From: Antedon mediterranea
Lineage: Eukaryota; Animalia; Echinodermata
Direction: 5' to 3'
Assembly (NCBI RefSeq): GCF_964355755.1
Contig: NC_092680.1
Location: 16,377,045-16,441,044, forward strand
Length of the DNA: 64,000 nucleotides
Of this stretch, positions 59,601-64,000 are shown piece after piece. Made by a program: the position numbers and the translations under genes. Position 1 is the stretch's first letter. Each line of letters opens with the position of its first letter. Below the pieces are notes generated by a model. It saw nothing but the letters and a program-made list of their open reading frames with translations, was not told the DNA's origin and ran no database searches.

Positions 59601-62600
59601 GCCACATTGACAAAATTAGAACCACTATCAAAAGGAAAATTAGAATTATTTTTTTAATTAAGATACTTACTTCTCTCACAGAATATTCGTTTATTGTTAT
59701 ATGAATATTTTAATACAACCACATCATGTATGTATTCTTGTTTTTTTTTGTTCTTTTCGTTATTCTCTTTCTTTTTTCTTGTTATATTTGTTTTTGTGTT
59801 TCTTGTTATCATTATAAATATTAAATTGTTACTTTTTTCAAAATTGTTATTGTCGCCCCACCACTGCATATTTTTTCTTAAAGACGTTCTCTGAAAATCT
59901 GAGAGATTGCAAGATTTCTAAATATTCGTTTTCTATATACAATATTCATAGTGTGCTACTACCTAAAGTGGGCCCTTGTCATATATCTGATTTTTAGACC
60001 TCTACATAATATGTTCTTAACTTATTTTTACAGATATTTTTGTCCATGGTTTCCTGGTCATCCAGTTATACGTTACCATTATTACTATACATTTATATCG
60101 AAAATTGACTATTGTTGGTGGGATTCTTATTGGTATGATCCAGCAGCTTATTATGTATGTAAAACTCCTTGTAAGTATCCACATTATGTGATATTACACC
60201 TCTCTGACGTAATTGAGAACACAAAAAATCGTCCGATTGCTGGTGTTGGTGTCACACACCAATCGCATTTTGCACGGTTGGCATCTCATACACTTCACCC
60301 ATTTCCAAATCATCGCCAGCCGCACACTTGTGCTCAGGTTCTTAAAGTTTGATTATTATTTTCCACCAACCCTCCCACTTTATTTGTATTTTGTTTTGTT
60401 ATGTTGGATTCCTTTTCCCGGCTTTTGTAACATTCCAGTACCATGACCTTCTCATCAAAATTAATGTCTCTCATTGTTGTGCTATGTCAACATAATGTCA
60501 ATGACGGCGAAATGTCCCCAATAATGGGGATAGCAAACAAGTAACAAGTAAGTAAGTACGGCATGTTATCTTAATCACTTATTGCAATAGGTTATTTTCT
60601 ATTTTTGCTTTGATCCGTGCTCACGGGACTTTTTTAGAATAGTTTTTTTATCCAAACCATTATCTTCTATATTTTTGTTTCCCTCTCTGTCATAGAGTAA
60701 GCCTGACTGCAAAATATACAGTATTCAAAAGCAATTCTTTTCAATTTTGCAATTTATCTTAAAAGTTTATTAAAAAAATCAACAACCTTTTAGTTAGTTA
60801 ATTGTAATTCAATCTGCTGATTGTTAAATGCTCTATATAATTTCGAAAATATTAAGTTCAATAAACCAAACATTTCGCTTCATATTCCTAACGGCTGATT
60901 TATAACGTACAGATTGCAACGTTGAAAACTGTGCATCTCTTTCATTTGTGTTGAAACCTCGTAGTTGTGCGTGCTCTACATGTACCAGTCAGCATTATTT
61001 GGCTTCATCAACCTCATGTCGCCGTAAGTATTAACATAGAGCAGTGGAACCATAAACTGTCAACACTCCATGAATTTACCATTGATTGAAATTCGCCTAT
61101 GGTAAAATAGTACTCTTTCTATTTATTTAGTATAGAGAGCCTATACTAAAAATAGGATCCAAAATCATTGAACATCATAATAGACTCGAACAGAATGGGC
61201 ATGTACAAAAGAAAATAGTGTACTATATTCCTTTGAACAATCCATTTAATCTCTGTTAAACAATTTCTTTAAACTCTATTTTGAGTTGACCATTAACATC
61301 ATCTTTGGAAAAATAAAGGATAATCATGATTAAAACAATTATTTAGTGTTAAAGGAAATTTGAATTGTTTAGCATATCACCACAAAATGATATTATTATA
61401 TAGATGGTTGAACTCACATGTAAAACAGTTGATTGGTTTATTTGGGAGGCGACGAAGAAACTAATGCCCTTGGAGTTTGCAAAGTAAAGACTGCAAAGTC
61501 TGTCTCACCAAAAATTCTACAAAAATTTATATTACCCTCAACTTAGAGAGATTATGAAAAACACAAATGAGAAGGGTACCGGTCATACTCACCGACTTTT
61601 CAGGGAATCGGAGTTTTCGTCTGCAACTAGTAGCAGTAGCAAGCACAAGTTACAAAAAAGAAGAAAGAATCGGTTGAATGAAAATCCTGAATTGTGTTCA
61701 TGAATTTTATTTATTTATTTTTTTACAACAGTTTGTACTGCTATACCTAACTGTGATCTAAGAAGCTGCACAACATCAACTGATCAGCAATGTATGACAT
61801 GCAATGGAGACTATGGGGCGTTAACAGGTCAAGCGTACCTCAATAAAGGACCGATCTGTGAAGGTAATTACTAGGCACAATGTTTGGAGTGACACAAACA
61901 GCAAACGTTCATAAGCTGAGTTTTACATTCTGACAGAGTTGTTTGTTTTCTTGAGTGTACAATGTATTCATTAAAAAACACAATCATGTTACAATCAGCA
62001 AATTATTTTATTATAGAGAATTGTTCTTGGAGAACCAGTAGTACAATTTGCTATCCGGGAACGTGTTCAGATGGCAGTGACAGTTGTGCGTGCACAACTG
62101 GTTTTACTGGAACTGACTGCAGAACAAGTGGGTAGATTAATAAACAATTGAAATTTTGATTTATATTATAGGCCTAATCTTGATTGAAAAAAATCATTGT
62201 TTCATCGTCAAATTTCTTCCTATCAAATTTAAAACTTTTATTGAGAAGAATTACTGTTTGCATAAATTGAACATCATAGAGAGCTACTTTTGGTATCATT
62301 CCATGTAAATCTATTAGTATTAACAGAAGTACACTAGTGACTTTTTAAGCATTGTCTCGTTTAAAATAAACGTTATTGTGTCGTCGAAACTGTATTAGGG
62401 AACTTTCGCATAGGGACCTTAAACGAAGAGGAAGGTTATTTCGAGACACAAGCGATAGCGGTCAGGCCCATCCTGAATTATTATGACCTGCTAAATAACG
62501 TACACGATGTGGATAAATTATAATCTTGTTATGAATTATCGTATATTTTGTATATGTCTAGAACATTACACTTGTGATACTATACTGTACACAGACATTA

Positions 62601-63986
62601 TAAACCAATAAAAAACTATATATAGAAAGCAAATTTTTATTTTCTCCAACAGTGACATCAGATCAAGCCCCCAGTATGGATTACTGCCTTACAAAGCTTC
62701 ACAATACCTCTGGTGGTACTCTAGAACTCCAATGTGTAGATTCTGGACATATTTATTACGTACGTCGTCAGATAACGTTAAAGAATATAGAAAATGACTG
62801 GAGAAGCTCTTATATTCAACCAAATGAACCTTTGCCGCCATATATATCAGGTTTTGCTCTAGGAATGATACGAGGTGTCACCATAGCAACCCTCTATAAT
62901 AAAGGTAAATATACTTACACAGGCGTTAGTCTAATAACAATTCACATGTCCATGCTTCTTTTTAGAAAACCGCCTCTTACTTTCTCATCTCATGTCCTAT
63001 CAATAAATGCCAGTGCTTAAAATACATTTTTTTTAAATTTTTATTGTATATTTTAGTAATATATAAAAATGCTGTAGATTTACATTTTCTCGCCCACTTC
63101 TCACTAACCTATCTTTGTAGAAAAGGCCTCGCGCGTTCAGTAGGAGTATTCGTATTAGACTAATTAGCACTACACATACCAGCCGTGTACTGTATCTCAA
63201 ACAAGAGAAAAGTACATTGGTACATACTATGGTGTTTAACAACTTCATAAAATAATTATTATATGTTTCATAATGTTTCAATTTCAACAATGCCACTGTT
63301 TTTTAAAAATCTTTATTAACCTAAACAAAACATTAACTAACTAAATTGATTATAGATAGGACAAAGTCGAAAGAGGTCGCTAGAATTCCATGCAGTGATA
63401 CAGCCCATCAAACTTCTCCACGTCAAAGTTTGTATCATTGCGTTGGAGTAGAAACTTTGGATTTGTCAGGTTGGATATTAGAAACTGGTGACAGGTATCG
63501 TACATTAAGTATTATTTAATTCAAAATGTAAAAATACTAATATTTAGTTTGTTGTAGCTTTTTCAAATCTTTTTGAAATCAAATGTGTGTATTAATTTCT
63601 TGTGGAGGACAAGATTGGAAATAAGTTGACTTTTTGCACCGTTACATTTTGTGTTTTATAATCCTTGAAATTCAATTTGTAAATAAGAATTTCAAATTAA
63701 TTGAAATTTAATAAAATAGTTACCACTTACCGTATACGTAGGTAGTCCTGCCAATGTGTTTGTTATTTGCATTTTCAGAATAACTGTTGATGTTGAAGTT
63801 GAAAATGGTGGATATGTAACGGTTGAAGATCGGGACACAAGCACGCAGTCTAACCGTTACTACAGTGGTCGTATTCTGGAAAGACAGAACAGTTACGTAT
63901 TTGACTTTGTTGATCCAGGTCATTGCGCAGTGACGTCGTCTTGCTCTCTTCAATTATTGGATTGTGGGAACGACGTCACAAAACAG
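56657..63986 (+). CDS. Secreted/cell-surface protein: signal peptide, C-type lectin-like domain, Cys-rich and EGF-like modules; 3' incomplete
   Basis: Exons: 56657-56717 (MASKIRLLVLLLTTYIFVEV); 57601-57755 (CPFGWSGYRAHCY...LASIHSQEEN); 58314-58420 (WIGFY...WYDGT); 60034-60170 (WFPGHP...WWD...YYVCK); 60913-61023; 61732-61863; 62017-62127 (CYPGTC...CACTTGFTGTDC); 62653-62904; 63356-63494; 63779-63986. All GT-AG, in phase and open. Confidence 0.87.
59545..59650 (+). mobile_element. Degenerate CR1/L2-like LINE RT fragment
   Basis: Translates to IGLTMNKNMTWKSHIDKI, resembling the CR1/L2 motif LG...D..L.W..HI..I. Confidence 0.45.
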
Positions 63987-64000
63987 GTAGATTTCTTAAA

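Noticed and set aside
59321-59894. Hydrophobic or Lys-rich short ORFs
   Set aside because: Compositional artefacts of A/T-rich intron sequence.
61403-61490. Possible extra exon of the lectin gene
   Set aside because: The phase-1 reading after the AG hits TGA immediately, and the flanking exons join in frame without it.

Overview
This is AT-rich, intron-containing animal genomic DNA. A marine invertebrate is inferred from the transposon repertoire, but the species cannot be determined. I reconstructed three host genes by hand from GT-AG boundaries and codon phase. (1) A complete 13-coding-exon TTC38 (tetratricopeptide repeat protein 38) homolog on the minus strand, 5459-38674, 466 aa. (2) An SLC17/sialin-like MFS anion transporter on the plus strand, 42571-53207, with the first exon uncertain. 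(3) The 5' part of a secreted protein (signal peptide, atypical C-type lectin domain, Cys-rich/EGF-like modules) running from 56657 off the window end. Most other sequence is transposon-derived. It includes a decayed Ty3/Gypsy 5' half with LTR, PBS and a likely -1 frameshift signal, and a solo LTR. It also includes an 11-kb nest (Kolobok containing hAT and ISL2EU; ISL2EU containing Mutator-like and Harbinger MITEs), an EnSpm-like nest, an internally deleted P element, an Academ element, Penelope remnants with hammerhead ribozyme motifs, and many MITEs. I see no clear evidence of a wholly new biological system. The most unusual observations are an exact 46-bp inverted copy of a TTC38 exon boundary at the centre of a foldback repeat, the paired Penelope hammerheads, the Gypsy frameshift hairpin, and the aromatic-rich non-canonical lectin domain. 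All family assignments come from motif recognition, not database searches.
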